Shown here: positions 47,001-59,692 of the stretch, piece by piece
How the letters are laid out: the number at the start of each line of letters is the position of its first letter
How positions within the stretch are numbered: the stretch's first letter is position 1
Source of the DNA: Macrostomum hystrix
Taxonomy: Eukaryota > Animalia > Platyhelminthes
Assembly: GCA_950097015.1 (NCBI GenBank)
Contig: CATNEN010000001.1
Span: forward strand, 20,770,001 to 20,834,000
Length of the DNA: 64,000 nucleotides
Reading direction: 5' to 3'
Notes under the pieces: model-generated
What the model was told of the DNA's origin: nothing
The model's database searches: none
Seen by the model: the letters and a program-made list of their open reading frames with translations, nothing else
Program-made: the position numbers and the translations under genes

Positions 47001-48178
47001 GCTCAGGAGCCTCACAGGTGCCATACCTGCCACTTATTCTTCTGGAGTTGCCTTAGCAACGCTGGAGAACAATGCTTGCGCTGTTTATGAGCCTTGCAAG
47101 AACGGGGCCACCTGCTCAAACGTGTTTCTCAACTCGTACTCGTAAGTGATCTCCGATCTTTCATTGAGTGTTTCTGTGATCAAAATGAATGTTCCACAAA
47201 GAGCGAATTTCGAATCCAGCTGCCAATGCCACCCTGGATATTCCGGAACCAACTGCTCAACGGACTATCCCGACTGCCATGAGAAGCCGTGCGGCAGTGA
47301 GGAAGTGTGCTTGGAGAAGAGCGACCCGGTCAATTACAATATAAAGATTCTGCCACCGCCATTCAATGGAGCTTTCAGCTACGGATCGGCTGCTGGATTC
47401 GCCTGTGTAAAATCGTATGGTAGGACAACAGCAAGCTTTCATTAGTTCTTTGAAATGGCAAAGTATTTGATAACTGGCGACTTTGTGACGGTATCTACTG
47501 GTTTTATGAATCCATTCAAGAAAAAAATGTGCAAATGCAGTCTTTACCTATCCTACTCACGAACTGGACATTGCAGTGAACTGGAGCTTCACAGGCTCAG
47601 CCGGATTCTATGTGATTCTGGTCGTGGTTTCTGCTGTTCTTTCGGCTGCCATCTCTATCTCAGTTTTTTTTCTTCTAATTAGACATGTAAGGGTCGCTGC
47701 TTTCTTTCTTGCATTGCTCATTTTGAGTTGATAAAACACAACAAATTCCTTTACAGGGTCACTTGGCAAGAAACCGATCTGATGACTATACCAATCGATC
47801 GCTATCAGGACATCAACAGCAGGTGACTTGGTGATTTTATTTATCCAGAAATCATTATTCTCTGAAAATGCAATTCTGTTTCAACAAGATTCTTCGAATC
47901 ATCTTTAGAAGCGGACTGATGGAGGCTTCGATGCAACGGTTGATGCAACTTATACTATTGCTGACCGGAACACAGTGCCTGTAAGTCAGTTTTCCACACC
48001 TTCGTCCTACTCAATTATTGCCTGACTCAAACATGTGTCGAACGTTTTTTAGACAGCCGAAAACAGCTGTTTGACACCCAGCAGTCCGGCGGTTGCCGCA
48101 GCTGAACTTGTCGAAGATGTGTACGACACGACAATCGACTCAAACTATGCCAACATGGACCAGAAATACAAATGCTAG
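41081..48178 (+). CDS. Gene C': SP-10xEGF-LamG-EGF-LamG-EGF-truncated EGF-TM-Tyr tail ending YANMDQKYKC (~1104 aa)
   Basis: Exons 41081-41174, 41266-41547, 43423-43615, 43684-43911, 44833-45180, 45470-46520, 46597-47141, 47220-47419, 47577-47686, 47757-47822, 47909-47980, 48053-48178 join in frame (3315 nt). Confidence 0.86.
41938..42785. repeat. 14-bp G-rich minisatellite in gene C' intron 2
   Basis: (TAGAGTGAGGAGGG)n with GGGG variants. Confidence 0.95.
44421..44472 (+). mobile_element. 5' head fragment of SINE family 1
   Basis: GGGGGGTCGGTGGCAGAGCGGTTAACGCTTTTGCCTCTCGCACCAAGG matches the start of the 11175 copy. Confidence 0.7.
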
Positions 48179-48594
48179 ACAGTTTGGCGCGACTATTTAA
48201 TCCTGGTTTGGTGCATAACATCTTGGTTTGTGCCATCATGACATCATGCTGTCGCGATTTTTTTATTTTTTATGTGTCTCAGTGTTTTTTGCGCCGTTTC
48301 AGTAACAACGTTTTTTGTCATGTTTTATAATTTGTAAAGAAGAAAAACATAATTCATGTTAAAACAAAAAATCTTAACGGTTTAAAGTTTTATAACCGTT
48401 TTTTAGGAAACGTGATTAAGAGTAATATTTTTATTGTTCTTTGTGTTAAAAACTAGAACGACGTATTTCAAGAAAAATGTATTTGCTATCTATAAGCTTA
48501 AATTTGAGCTTCATTTTTGCTTCAAGAAGTACAAGTAGTTCAATCCTTTATTCATTTATATTTACTTTTTCACTTGGAATCTGGTTTGAAGTCC

Positions 48595-49930
48595 TCGTGA
48601 GTTTGATAGACACTCGTGTGTCTGATGGACCCTTGTGAGTTTGATGGACACTTTTCTGTTTGATGGAAACTAGTATGTTTAAGGACACTCGTGTGATTGA
48701 TGGAAACTAGTATGTTTAAGGACACTCGTGTGATTGATGGAAACTAGTATGTTTAAGGACACTCGTGTGATTGATGGAAACTAGTATGTTTAAGGACACT
48801 CGTGTGATTGATGGAAACTAGTATGTTTAAGGACACTCGTGTGATTGATGGAAACTAGTATGTTTAAGGACACTCGTGTGATTGATGGAAACTTGTATGT
48901 TTAAGGACACTCGTGTGATTGATGGAAACTAGTATGTTTAATGGACACTCGTGTGTCTGATGGACCCTTGTGAGTTTGATGGACACTTTTCTGTTTGATG
49001 GAAACTAGTATGTTTAATGACACTCGTGTGATTGATGGAAACTAGTATGTTTAATGGACACTCGTGTGATTGATGGAAACTAGTATGTTTAAGGACACTC
49101 GTGTGATTGATGGAAACTAGTATGTTTAAGGACACTCGTGTGATTGATGGAAACTAGTATGTTTAATGGACTCTCGTGTGATTGATGGAAACTAGTATGT
49201 TTAAGGACACTCGTGTGATTGATGGAAACTAGTATGTTTAAGGACACTCGTGTGATTGATGGAAACTAGTATGTTTAATGGACTCTCGTGTGTTTGATGG
49301 AAACTAGTATGTTTAATGGACACTCGTGTGATTGATGGAAACTAGTATGTTTAATGGACACTCGTGTGATTGATGGAAACTAGTATGTTTAAGGACAATC
49401 GTGTGATTGATGGAAACTAGTATGTTTAATGGACTCTCGTGTGATTGATGGAAACTAGTATGTTTAAGGACACTCGTGTGATTGATGGAAACTAGTATGT
49501 TTAAGGACACTCGTGTGATTGATGGAAACTAGTATGTTTAATGGACTCTCGTGTGTTTGATGGAAACTAGTATGTTTAATGGACACTCGTGTGATTGATG
49601 GAAACTAGTATGTTTAAGGACACTCGTGTGATTGATGGAAACTAGTATGTTTAAGGACACTTGTGTGATTGATGGAAACTAGTATGTTTAATGGACTCTC
49701 GTGTGATTGATGGAAACTAGTATGTTTAAGGACACTTGTGTGATTGATGGAAACTAGTATGTTTAATGGACTCTCGTGTGTTTGATGGACACTCGTGTGT
49801 TTGATGGACACTCGTGTGTTTGATGGACACTCGTGTGTTTGATGGACACTTGTGTGTTTGGTGGACACTCGTGTGTTTGTTGGACACTCGTGTGCATGAT
49901 GGACACTCGAGATTCATGTGTGGACTCATG
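48595..49930. repeat. 19-bp / 37-38-bp dimeric minisatellite downstream of gene C'
   Basis: Counterpart of 25345-26312, with the dimeric variant expanded. Confidence 0.96.
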
Positions 49931-51576
49931 CCTGTGAGATGGATGCCATGAATTTTACATTGTCAAATTTTAGTTCTTACCAGCGAAGCGCTTTTCAAAT
50001 ATGTAAATAACTTTGGATCCAATTTCAGCAGGGATTGGAAGCCGAGGGAGATGCCTGCGACTGCCTACTGACAGGACAGCGATAGCAGAATTGTCGCCGT
50101 CATTTGACGCCATCTGCCATGTGAGTGGCTAACAGGTGAATGAAATGTCACTCTAACAGAAACCTCACTCCATCTGAAGTGTCAATCAATCCTAAATATC
50201 AGTTTTTAATTGTCACTCTGTTCGAAATATCATTCTATCAGATACTTCGCTCTATTGAACATGCAAATAGAAAATGAAATTCATCATTTCCTCCTTTAAT
50301 CCATTGGAAATCCATAGTGTTTCGATTTGCACTTTTTTTACAAGCGACATTTATCGTCCATTCTAACACTAAGAATCTGAATTTTCTTTCAGTATATAAT
50401 TTTTCAACAAACCTGGCATGCATTGTCAAAGAAGTTCACAGTCCACCTGGGTTAGATTGGGTTGATTTATGATTTACGAGCTAGTTGCAGTAAAAGAAGT
50501 AGAGAGGTTGCCTGCTGCTGTGTCGCATTCTATATTTTATGTTCTGTTAAGTAAGTACCACATTCTGTACGACTGTAGTTGTGTTTCAGTGCTGATGCTG
50601 GGTCTTTCTCATGCTGAATTGGCAACTTATCCAGCTTTTGTCTTACTCGCCACATTAAATTCGCACCGAAATGTCTCTGAGTTGTGTGCTGCTGGCCAGA
50701 AAATGGGACAAATTGATGTAGAAATTAAGCTGGAGTATTATGTGAGTGCATTGTTATCATGTCTACTTGTAGAATGCATACGTACAGTATTAATGGTAAT
50801 GCTAACCGTGTTAATTGCTTACCTAGGCTTGATCCCAGTACATTAAAAGCTCGTAGTTTGCATACATTTTGTGCGCATTGGAAGGTATGTCATAACATCC
50901 GTAATTCTATTTATCTGCGCCCTTGTGCGTGTCAGACTCTGTAGACGACGCCATTGTGGACGACTAGACTCTATTCTTCTATCTCTGTTATCTCGCGGCC
51001 CACTAAAACAAGCGAATGCTATGTGCTCAGCCAGCCAGTGGTTTTTTAAAAGAACTCAGAATTTTACAATCCGAATAGAAATGCAGAGTTTCGCACAGCT
51101 TGCTTTTGTCTGTTTTGCAGCGGTCCAATTAAAACAGTGCTACATATTTTCTTGTCTCTACGACTTCCTTAATCTTATTTGGCATAGTCTGTGCAAAATC
51201 TCCCCGAAAGACAACAAATACCTTGAGACTCTCAGAGCAAGCTAATAATTAGAAGGGCCAAGCCTTGCAACCTTGACGAAAGCGACTTTATCGGCATCAA
51301 AAAACTCATTCGATTAGGTAAGTTGACATTTGTGATTACAGACACGGTTATCTACGGTTACAGACATTTTACAGACACAAACAAGTGCCTGTACCTGAGA
51401 CCGATGATATATTGGAAAAGTGTATATATGTGCCATTTTCTGTCACAAATAAAGTGCATCTCAAGCGACCAAGAAATGGGGATTAAACCGGAAACAATAA
51501 ACGGATTCTAACTAAATTAGAATTCCAATTGACAGGACTAGAAAGCACGGAGTTGAGAATCGACAACGCTTGAACT

Positions 51577-54500
51577 ATGCGGCCCTGTTACCTGAGGCCT
51601 GTGGTGCTACTGCTTGTTCTAACTGCTGCCTACAGCCTGCTTCCAGTGATCTACGCGGCAGCAGCGAGCCAGGTATTTACAGGTAAAAAGCTGTTTGTGG
51701 AGCTTTATGTCAAGCCTTTAAACATGCCGATCAACCCCAATCCCTGAAACATCCCAACCCTTATGACATCCCAACCTCTGAGGCATCCCAATACCTGAAA
51801 CTTCCCAATCGCTGCCTAATCTCTGAAACATCCTAATCCCTGAAATATCCCAATCTCTGAAACTTCCCAACCTCTGAAACTTCCCAATCCCTGAAACTTC
51901 CCAATCCCTGAAACTTCCTAATCCCTGAAACTTCCCAATCCCTGAAACATCCCAATCCCTGAAACTTCCCAACCTCTGAAACATCCCAATCCCTGAAACT
52001 TCCCAATCCCTGAAACTTCCCAATCCCTGAAACTTCCTAATCCCTGAAACTTCCCAATCCCTGAAACATCCCAATCCCTGAAACTTCCCAACCTCTGAAA
52101 CATCCCAATCCCTGAAACTTCCCAATCCCTGAAACTTCCCAATCCCTGAAACTTCCCAATCCCTGAAACTTCCCAATCCCTGAAACTTCCCAACCTCTGA
52201 AACATCCCAATCCCTGAAACTTCCCAATCCCTGAAACTTCCCAATCCCTGAAACTTCCCAACCTCTGAAACTTCCTAATCCCTGAAACTTCCCAATCCCT
52301 GAAACTTCCTAATCCCTGAAACTTCCCAATCCCTGAAACATCCCAACCTCTGAAACTTCCTAATCCCTGAAACTTCCCAATCCCTGAAACTTCCCGATCG
52401 CTGCGCAATCTCTGAAACATCCCAACCTCTTAAACTTCACAATCTCTGAAATATCCCAATTTCTGAAATATCCCAACCACTAAAACATGAAAACTTTCCT
52501 TAACACCCGAGCCCCTAAAACACACCTATTCATGACACTGTACACTGTACGCTGCAGCTAGACATTACAATCACCATGTAACCTGAACTCGCAGGCCTCA
52601 GTGAGAGTCTGGCTCTGTTATCTCGGCAGCGCAGTGCCCCCTGTGGCTCTTTCGATTGCATGAACGGTGGGATTTGCAACTCCAGCGCTCCCAGCCCGGT
52701 GTGCACCTGCCCCAAGCCGTACACCGGAGACAACTGCAGCGCCGTGCAAAACTACTGCAACAAACTGCAGCCCGAGATGAACATCACAGCACTGCCAGTG
52801 TGCCTGAATGACGCCAGCTGCACATCGACTGCAACGGACCCATTTTTCTCCTGCAGATGTACTAGTAACTATACGGGTGAGTTCACGGCGCTTAATTGTC
52901 AAACCCTTGAGCCTTCTCAAAGCCGTCTTACAGAGACCATAAAATGTTGATTCCCAATTTTCCTCTAATATCAGATGCAAAGAAAGCATCCTACTTGATG
53001 GCCCAAGATGATAATCTGTGACAGAAAATGTTGCTCAATACATTGTGGAGATTGACAAAATTAGTGTTGGCTAAACCACTGCTTGGAAGAATATGTTTAG
53101 TTACTTTTAATTAAAGTATTTATTTATTGTTGCAATACATTTAATTTACATGTGATACAATTACGAGTGCATATTCGCCAAAAAATACTCTTAGTTTTGA
53201 CATTTTCGTGAAAAATGCCCATGATGAATATTTTTTTAGATCTAAAATAATTTTTTGAATACTGGTTCCATCACCTAAATTGCGTGCGACATGATTTCAG
53301 TAATAAAATTCTTTAAAAAAATCCTATTCAAACCGCACTATGGGGGTGAGTGACATTGCAGGCAATTCGCACTCTACAGGGGGGTGAGTGGCAGAGGTCT
53401 AACGCGTTTGCCTCTCGCGCCAAGGTTCTTAGGCTCGATTCCGCGGCGAGGCCACATTTATTTTGGGGCGCAGCAGCGGAGAGAAGGCTTGCGAGCTTGT
53501 CGTGCAATTTACGCCCTTGAGGGCCAGCCTCCAAGGCACAGTGCCTGACGATGAGAAAGTCAGGGCAGATGTACACACCTGTGTGAGTATGTGCCTGCGT
53601 ACAGTATCTGTGTGCGTGTGTGCCCATGAGCCAGCGAAATGGGCAGAATTGCCTACTCGCAGGCTGCGCTTCTACTTTCAATAAATAATGTGCCAGAGTA
53701 CACACAAATATAAGCTTTTAAATATCATTATTATACCGCACTATAAAGAAAATGCTGGATATATTTTTAAAGCAAATAAAATCCCTCCATAAATTCCCGA
53801 ACTAAACTCACCAGGCCCAAGATGTGACACTGTCAACCTGTGCGCCTTCGCAAACCCATGCGTCAACGGGCAGTGCGAGGTCGCTTCCACCGGAGCCGAA
53901 TGCCGCTGCTACTCTGGCTGGGCCGGACCGAAATGTGATGCAGACGTCGATTACTGCTCAACTGGGCCTTGCGAAAATGGCGGAAAGTGCATCGATGGAA
54001 ACTCGACGTAGGCTTAATATTTTTTTTATCGAATTTTAAATCCATGCGAGAAATCTTGAAGATTTAAGATTCGGGTAAAGTTGAGAACTCGAGGACATTG
54101 CAAGGATGCAGTCTACGTACCTCCGCGTCCACTGATGATTTATTAAATTTGCTCGATGGAGACACCCACAGACAGAACTCAAACTGGTTACAAAAAGACC
54201 TACTCTGAATATTTCATTTTGACTCATATCTCGTGCATCTGTGTCAGATTCAGCTGCAACTGCTCAGCCACGGACTTCTGGGGCACCAGCTGCACCAACT
54301 GGATCAACGACTGTCAGCCAGATCCCTGTACCAATGGCGCCACCTGTATTGACGGATTGAGAAACTTCACCTGCAACTGTCAGGACGGCTATTCTGGAAG
54401 GAACTGCTCTGAGGATTTCCCCGACTGCAGCCCGAACCCTTGCGCCTTCAATGCCACGTGTCTGGAGCGCAGCAAGCGGAGCTGGTACGGCATCAGCTCG

Positions 54501-57500
54501 CTGCCCGCGCCTTTCAACGGCCAGTTTCGCTACTCCCAGGCTGCTGGCTACGTCTGCGATTTAGGTTATGAGAACGGTGAGACATTTCTGGCTCCAGGTC
54601 GACAGGACGAGGTTTATACTGCTTTTTGAGATTTGCTTCAATTATCACGGTACTGTTTGTGCACTGTCTAACAGTTTAGAGCACTGTCTAACAGTTTAGA
54701 GCACTGTCTAACAGTTTGGAGCACTGTCTAACAGTTTGGAGCACTGTCTAACAGTTTAGAGCACTGTCTAACAGTTTAGAGCACTGTCTAACAGTTTAGT
54801 GCACTGTCTAACAGTTTGGAGCACTGTCTAACAGTTTGGAGCACTGTCTAACAGTTTGGAGCACCGTCTAACAGTTTGGTGCACTGTCTAACAGTTTGGG
54901 GCACTGTCTAACAGTTTGGTGCACTGTCTAACAGTTTAGTGCACTGTCTAACAGTTTGGTGCACTGTCTAACAGTTTGGAGCACTGTCTAACAGTTTGGT
55001 GCACTGTCTAACAGTTTGGAGCACTGTCTAACAGTTTGGTGCACTGTCTAACAGTTTGGAGCACTGTCTAACAGTTTGGTGCACTGTCTAACAGTTTAGT
55101 GCACTGTCTAACAGTTTGGTGCACTGTCTAACAGTTTGGAGCACTGTCTAACAGTTTGGTGCACTGTCTAACAGTTTGGAGCACTGTCTAACAGTTTGGT
55201 GCACTGTCTAACAGTTTGGAGCACTGTCTAACAGTTTGGTGCACTGTCTAACAGTTTGGAGCACTGTCTAACAGTTTGGTGCACTGTCTAACAGTTTCGA
55301 GCACTGTCTAACAGTTTAGAGCACTGTCTAACAGTTTGGAGCACTGTCTAACAGTTTGGAGCACTGTCTAACAGTTTGGTGCACTGTCTAGCAGTTTTGT
55401 GCACTGTCTAACAGTTTGGTGCACTGTCTAACAGTTTGGAGCACTGTCTAACAGTTTGGTGCACTGTCTAACAGTTTCGAGCACTGTCTAACAGTTTAGA
55501 GCACTGTCTAACAGTTTGGAGCACTGTCTAACAGTTTGGAGCACTGTCTAACAGTTTGGTGCACTGTCTAGCAGTTTTGTGCACTGTCTAACAGTTTGGT
55601 GCACTGTCTAACAGTTTGGAGCACTGTCTAACAGTTTGGTGCACTGTCTAACAGTTTGGAGCACTGTCTAACAGTTTGGAGCACTGTCTAACAGTTTGGT
55701 GCACTGTCTAACAGTTTGGAGCACTGTCTAACAGTTTGGTGCACTGTCTAACAGTTTGGAGCACTGTCTAACAGTTTGGAGCACTGTCTAACAGTTTGGA
55801 GCACTGTCTAACAGTTTGGTGCACTGTCTAACAGTTTGGAGCACTGTCTAACAGTTTGGAGCACTGTCTAACAGTTTCGTGTACTGTCTAACAAGCTGTG
55901 CAGTCTAACATGCTGTGCAATGTCTGGCAGGTAAGGATCTTTCTTACTTTCTACAGAGATATAGATCATATTACTATATTACCCAGTATTTAGTATTTTC
56001 TTGAGTACTGTTTGTCTGTGATTACAAAAATTCCAGAGCTACACCAGAAGCTGCTCATTGGTTTGGCAATCGGCATTCCAGTCGGCATTGTTGCTGGTGT
56101 CATCTTGGCCATAGTCGGCTTCGTTGTGTATCTTTATTTGCACAAACAGGTGAGAATCAACCAGAGCTTGTTGTGTTTCTGACAGACAGGTAAGAATAAA
56201 TCAATCAATACTCCTTCGCTGTTTCAGGGCAAGCTGTCTCTCGGCTACTTCGGAAATCCCATTCAAAAATACGTCACTGAGGTGAGCCTTCGAGACATTG
56301 TAAACCTGAAGCTTAAATGTCAATATTAATGGACTTGATGAAGCATGCACGTCTAGTCCGAATTGGAAACTTCCAACTGCACTAACAATAAGAATGCATC
56401 AACTGTCATTATTTCAGACTGCTGAACAGAATGCCTATGAGATGCCGATGGCACCTACAGAAGGAAACGACCAGATCTACCTTGATCCAGACAATATGGA
56501 TGATGGACCTGTGAGTTAAAGGTGGCAAAATAAACAGGTGCTTTGCAAACGATGAGATTGCCTGACTTTAGAAATGACAGTAGCAGATTACACAATATAG
56601 TGCAGCTAAATACCATCTACACATGTTAGGCATCCTACTAAAAAAGCTGATATTTTTATGTTAGACAAGATTGTGACCTTCTTGGCTGAATTTTATTTGA
56701 TGGAATAATTGAAGTTGAAACTCTCTGCTAAATGTTGCAGCGGCTGCAGCCAGCAACTGGTGCTGGCCCTTCTAACGCACTGAGCTCAGCGGCTGAGATG
56801 TCAGGCGTGAGAAAGCAAAACGGCGCAGATACGAAGAAGAAAGGTAAGATTGTTCTATTCAAGACCAAAAAGGAAGACGATACGGACGGACCGATACAGC
56901 TCAAGCCAAACTCTAGCCAGGTAATTGAATGCTTTCTGGTACTGTGGGTTTAGGTTTACAGTAGGGGTCAAAGCGATGAGTGTCACAGGTCTCGAGCTCG
57001 ATTCCGCGGCGAGGTCACATTCATTTGGGGCACAGTCACGGAGAGAAGGCTTGAAGGCTTGTCGTACAATTTACACCTGCGAGGGCCAAACACCAAGGCA
57101 CAGGGAATGTACACTGTCCGACAGTCAGAACATCGACCAAATGGTGTGCCAGTGCCCTGCTGCAAATGTTGCTTTTATTATTAGGTTTTGTGTTATGAAG
57201 TAACAAATAAATATTCTAATCTCGATAGAAGCACAAGAAGCACAAGCACAACCAGCCTGAGCAGCAGCAGCCGCAGCCAACAATGCCAGGGGAATCGGAA
57301 TATGCTGCTGTTTATGAGCAACAAAATACTTCGAAAAAGAACTCAGCCAAACAACAGCAAGATGCCAATGAACGAATAAAGAAGAAATCTAAAAAGGCAG
57401 ACAAGAGCAATCAAGGAAGTTCGCATAATCAGGTCCAACTACCGGCCGCAGCCGCAGGCTCTACTGCCTCGTTGCCTGGAGCCAGTTTCGGCAACAAGTC

Positions 57501-59550
57501 GCTGACTGAAGTGCAAAAGCGACTGTCGCAGCCACCTTCAAGACCGGTACGATCTACGAACACTGGCAGTAATCTCAACGTGAGTTGATCAGTGATCAGT
57601 GATGTGTGGCAACCGTTTGTGTTTGTCAAATCAGAGCTGTCACAAGCATGCAGACAGGGCATGTACAGCTGGCTTTATCGTCCTACATTCTTATAGGGTC
57701 ATTCTCTGCACGGCCAGTGCACAATACGGCTGTACGCCTCTACGGCTCAAATTATTTTGATCTCAGGTTCCTGAAAATTCATTGTGATAGTGAGCCTCCC
57801 TGCCTTCTGTTGCGTGGCCCTAGCAACCCCCTGTGTTGAAGTTTTTCATCGTGGTGTGTACCCCCGCACCTCCTCTAGGCCAGCCATGGTGATGGACGGG
57901 CCACTGCATTATATTTCACTGCCCTCATTGCGTGTTCAACCCCCACCAATTGTGGCGCTTAAGCCATCTGCCATCTCGCTTCGGATTGGCTGTCCATGTC
58001 CAGGCTTGTAACTCCTCTATTTTTCTCTACCCTGCTCTTGTGCTGATTGGCTGAACGGCCTCTATCTGGCCTTAAGCCCTTGACTTTCTACCCCTGCCTG
58101 TAATACTATAATGTAATACTATAAATCTAGACCCCCCTGCAAGCCCTCGTTTCTGCGCGCCCCCCCTTAAGGCAAGATTGTTACAAGAAAGGCCGGTTGT
58201 GACTCCCTTTTACTTGCCCATCCTACTGCGTGGCTGACAGTCTGTAAAATACTTCGGTCTACGCTCTCACGAAAGAAACCGTGCTGCACCTTGACAGCGA
58301 GCGTAAGCTTGTTCTGTCTGATTTGGGGTTGGCTTGACGAGGACGAGGACGCCAACTCTGCGTCGTTAGTGATAAGGTAAAAGGCGACCACAGCATCTGG
58401 GTCAGTACACGAGCCCGGGTTTACCCAGGATTACCCCGCTCACGACATCATTATAAAGTCCCCACAAGATTTTATATATTGATTGCACTAACAGCCTCTG
58501 TGCCAACTAGTATACCGTCTGTGTTCGTAAATTCGTGATAAACTTTTTTCATACTCCAACTCACAGACCGAGAGCGAAGAGCTGTACGTTGAACCAGACA
58601 GCATTCATCTGACTGATCAGGATATTCAGCAGCAGCAGCAGCAGCAGCAGCAGGAGGTATGCGATTCCTTCAAGCTTTTTATTTTTGCTCTTACCCTTGC
58701 GGAGGAAAATAATCCCGTGCTTGCTAGCTAGAACTTTAGGGCGCAGAATCTCGATAGTCAGTAGCTAAACTAGTATTCTAAATTGTTAGAGTTTGGTTAG
58801 AATGCTGAATAAATTCCTGACATTTCTGCAGCAGCTGTGTGTCTGCCGTTTCAGCTGAGTGAGCTGTTCCCCATACGAAGTCGAAAACTCGAAAATTTGA
58901 AAATCCTTTTTTTTGGGCCTTTATATATCGATTTTATCTACTAGCAGAGCTACCGTGCGGAAAACAAGACAAAATAAGAAACAGACAAGCGGCTGCTAAA
59001 ATGTAGAGAAATTGTTCAGCGTTCTGCTGAAACAAACATGCTGACAGACACATTGCGACAGACACAGCCTACAATGATCCGAAAAATGGTGTTTAGCGAG
59101 GTGTTGGTTCTCCATTTTATCTTCTGAGCTCCATGACTGATTCGAGTAAGATCAGCTGCATCACCTTTGTCAAATGCCAGCCCGAGCCAGAGGCTGTCTA
59201 CGTTGTGCCCGACAGTGCCCTAAGCCAGCCAATGGAGCTGCTTAATCAAGTGAACGGACCACCGCCAAAGCTGCCGAAGCCGAAACCCAGGGGCCAGCAG
59301 CAGCAGCAGCCCCCGACTGTGGAACTCAGTAGCCATCCAAACAACAGAGCTAGTCAACTGAATATTGTGGTAAGATGCTCAAACAAGACTGTCCAGGTTG
59401 TTGCACTCAGTTGCTTACAGCTGATCCGTGCTAAAAAGTTATCCCTGAAACTTTAACAGCGCCAAGACACGGCAGCAAACAACGGTGAAGCCGGTGGATC
59501 AGTGGAAAACGAGTACGATGTGATTGACAATGCTCCGAATTCAGCGAATG

Positions 59551-59588
<38 letters not shown>

Positions 59589-59633
59589 AAGAAGGTGGAT
59601 TTAAGCCGAGTAGAGACATTTACCAAAATTTAA
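51577..59633 (+). CDS. Gene D': near-identical duplicate of gene D (~714-717 aa), ends -ETFTKI
   Basis: Exons 51577-51682, 52595-52876, 53815-54007, 54248-54576, 56037-56149, 56228-56281, 56418-56510, 56750(or 56741)-56920, 57229-57579, 58567-58656, 59181-59369, 59460-59633. Confidence 0.82.
51735..52485. repeat. 17-bp minisatellite in gene D' intron 1
   Basis: (CCCTGAAACTTCCCAAT)n. Confidence 0.96.
53379..53690 (+). mobile_element. tRNA-derived SINE family 1 copy
   Basis: Duplicate of 29615-29920. Confidence 0.8.
54658..55895. repeat. 20-bp minisatellite, ~62 units, in the gene D' pre-TM intron
   Basis: Same unit as 30890-33485, about half the length. Confidence 0.98.
56961..57120 (+). 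mobile_element. Degenerate SINE family 1 copy
   Basis: Duplicate of 34543-34705. Confidence 0.7.
57808..58447 (+). mobile_element. Solo-LTR-like element in gene D' intron 9
   Basis: Duplicate of 36500-37124. Confidence 0.5.
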
Positions 59634-59692
59634 CTAATTTTCCTGCCAAAGCGCAGGTATTTGAGTTCTTATTCTGAAAAAATGTTTTTATA

